Assembly (NCBI GenBank): GCA_013239625.1
Contig: MU053873.1
Span: 2,928,524 to 2,992,523 of the forward strand
Direction of reading: 5' to 3'
Length of the DNA: 64,000 nucleotides
Source: Lama guanicoe
Taxonomy: Eukaryota
The notes under the pieces were generated by a model that saw only the letters and a program-made list of their open reading frames with translations, searched no databases and was not told where the DNA came from. The position numbers and the translations under genes are program-made. Of this stretch, positions 62,054-64,000 are shown one piece after another; positions within the stretch are counted from its first letter, which is position 1; the number at the start of each line of letters is the position of its first letter.

Positions 62054-64000
62054 GACAGAGGTGGGAGGAGAGGGAGGAGGGGGAGAGAGAGACACCCCGG
62101 GAGAAGAGAGAAATCAGTTCCCTTAAATGCCCCACTCTCCCCGCAGACGCGCCAGACCCCAGACAGCACTACCCAGAGCACCCACCCTCCCACATGCCCC
62201 TCGTGCCTGAGGGGTCACCACCTCGCGGCTTCTCCTCTCTCCCCTGGCTGGTTAGTAACTGAGGGGCTGTGTGGCCCAGGATCTAGACTGATCAGCGTCA
62301 AAGCCCATCTTTTCTGAGCTCCCCAGGGAACCTGGCGCACGGATCGCGCTGGTGCCTCACCGCAGCCCCTGGATGACCGGGCTCCCCTCCCTTCCTCATC
62401 TCTCTCCACTTCCTCTCCCCAACTCCACTGTGCCAGCCTGTCTTTTCTCGGTGCCTCCAAGGCTGAGGAGGCTTCTGTGCTCCTGTTCCTGGGTCCTGAT
62501 GCTCCAGGCTGCACAAGGAGGTCAGAGAGGTCCTTAAAGTGTCAAACAGCGGCCTCCAGCTGCACCAAGAAAAAGATCAAACTCCTTCCCTGGCCTCAGA
62601 GCCCCATGTGGAGGCTCGTCCCAGCTTCCCAGCCTCCTGTACTCCCATCTTCACTCCCAAGCCCAGTCCTCCTTCCCAGAACCCTCTTCCAACACACCCC
62701 TGTGCAGCCTGCTCCCCCTCACTACCCAGGGCTCAGCTCAAAGGTCACCTTCTAAGCCCAGCCCCAGCCCACCTTTGCAAGATATCACACACACCCACCA
62801 CCGACACTCGTGATTACAAACCCCCTGCACAACCTGAAACCACCCTGCTTCTTTGTGGGTTTACTTGTTTACCATCTGCTTCCCGTGTTTAGATCAGAGA
62901 CGTGTATGTACTAAATACTCAACAAACAGGTGCAGTGAGGAAGGGGTGTCCGATCTGGCACATTTCCTCCGGGCTGGGAGAAAACTGTGCCACTTTGGTC
63001 CAAGGACTTAACTTCTCTGAGACTGAGGGTTCCTCATCTGCAAAATGGGCACGATAGACTTCCCTTCCTCAGGGTGGTGCTGGAAGGTGGGGGCGGGCTG
63101 GTACAAGGCGTGCTATTAATACATGGTGGCCCGTTTATTTTTACTATTCTTTCTTCCTTGGATGTCAAGGGTTAGAAGCCGGACTTGGGACCCCTGAGCC
63201 TCCAATTCCGGACAAACATCTACCTTCCATCTGTGAGGACCTGCGGGGAGAATCACTCCCCATCTCACCCCAACAGCACGAGGCAGCTCCCCGAAGAGGC
63301 TGCATCTGAAGAAAGAGAACAAGACGGCCCCGAGGAAGAGGCTCCGCGAGACACAAGGAGCGGTTTCAGACAATATCTAATTTGTATTCTCCAAGCGACG
63401 CAAAAGGACACTGCATCTCTAAAAAGGGAACAATCAGAGATTAGGGAAGATTGCTGTGAGAGAAAACCTTGTTTAAATCTATTACTGAACAAAAATGGTC
63501 TGTGGGTTTTGAATGGAAAATTTGTGTTTCTGCTCCCATCTCAGATTAACCCGTGGCAGACAGCCGCGGAGTCCGCGGGGAGCGGATGGGGGCAGGGCTG
63601 GGGACAGAGTCTCACGGCTGGTATTTTTACACTGTTTCTAAAACCCTTGTGCTGAGAACAAACCTGCAGGATCCTTGGAAGCCTCAGATGACTACCTGAA
63701 TGGTCATCCCCATTTTACAGATGGGGAGACTGGGGCTCACAGGGATGAACTTCAATGCTGTCACATCATTTAGTTGTCCTGCTACTGTCCTTGGCCCCTC
63801 TGCAGTGTTCTCCATGCATCCGCCAGAGTGATGTAATTTAGCGAGTGTGTTTGGGCTTTTGTCATCTTCTGGATCATCTGCAGGGCCCGACTTGCCTGTT
63901 CCGGCAGAGCCGGGGGCACTGCTGATACCTGCACCTGGCTTTGCACAGCCCCGGCCTGGTGGCAACGAAAGGACTTCTTAGAAGCCTCAGAGCTTCTCAG

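Larger units (their letters stand above)
15513..64000 (-). other. SEZ6L: 3' part of SEZ6L intron 1; the signal-peptide exon 1 lies beyond the window
   Basis: Exon 2 starts in phase 1 with no signal peptide. No SEZ6L exon-1-like ORF or promoter CpG island is seen in 15.5-64 kb. SEZ6L orthologues have a very long first intron. Confidence 0.88.

Noticed and set aside
1..64000. CRISPR arrays, operons or other prokaryotic/viral systems, or an intact ERV or L1
   Set aside because: The sequence is a spliced mammalian gene with decayed repeats. There is no repeat-spacer array and no intact gag/pol/env, ORF1/ORF2 or transposase.

Overview
Mammalian genomic DNA, most likely a camelid (camel/alpaca/vicuna). 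It carries tRNA-Ala-derived Vic-1-type SINEs and camelid/artiodactyl-type L1 3' ends, and I saw no Alu, B1/B2, Bov-tA/BovB, PRE-1 or Can-SINE. The whole window lies inside SEZ6L (seizure related 6 homolog like; neuronal CUB/Sushi type I membrane protein) on the minus strand. Seven coding exons (putative exons 2-8; 771, 134, 193, 186, 166, 167 and 195 bp, all AG/GT-bounded and phase-compatible) lie between 505 and 15512. They encode the Pro/Ser/Thr-rich N-terminal region, CUB1, Sushi1, CUB2 and Sushi2. Positions 15513-64000 are part of the very long first intron; exon 1 and exons 9 onward are outside the window. The introns hold L1, L2, MIR, hAT/Tigger MITEs, ERVL/MaLR LTRs, microsatellites and several repeat-free, homeobox/Sox-motif-rich blocks that look like candidate neural enhancers. 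I found no evidence for a new multi-gene system, and the other ORFs in the track look spurious. The best leads are splicing and isoform features: a regenerated 5' splice site at the exon 3/4 junction, a distant-branch-point acceptor with an in-frame signal-peptide-like microsatellite ahead of exon 6, and inverted L1 ends bracketing an in-frame exon 6-8 block. There is also a 90-bp local duplication 13 kb apart and a degenerate REST site. Repeat family names and human comparisons are from memory of consensus sequences and need RepeatMasker/BLAST confirmation.
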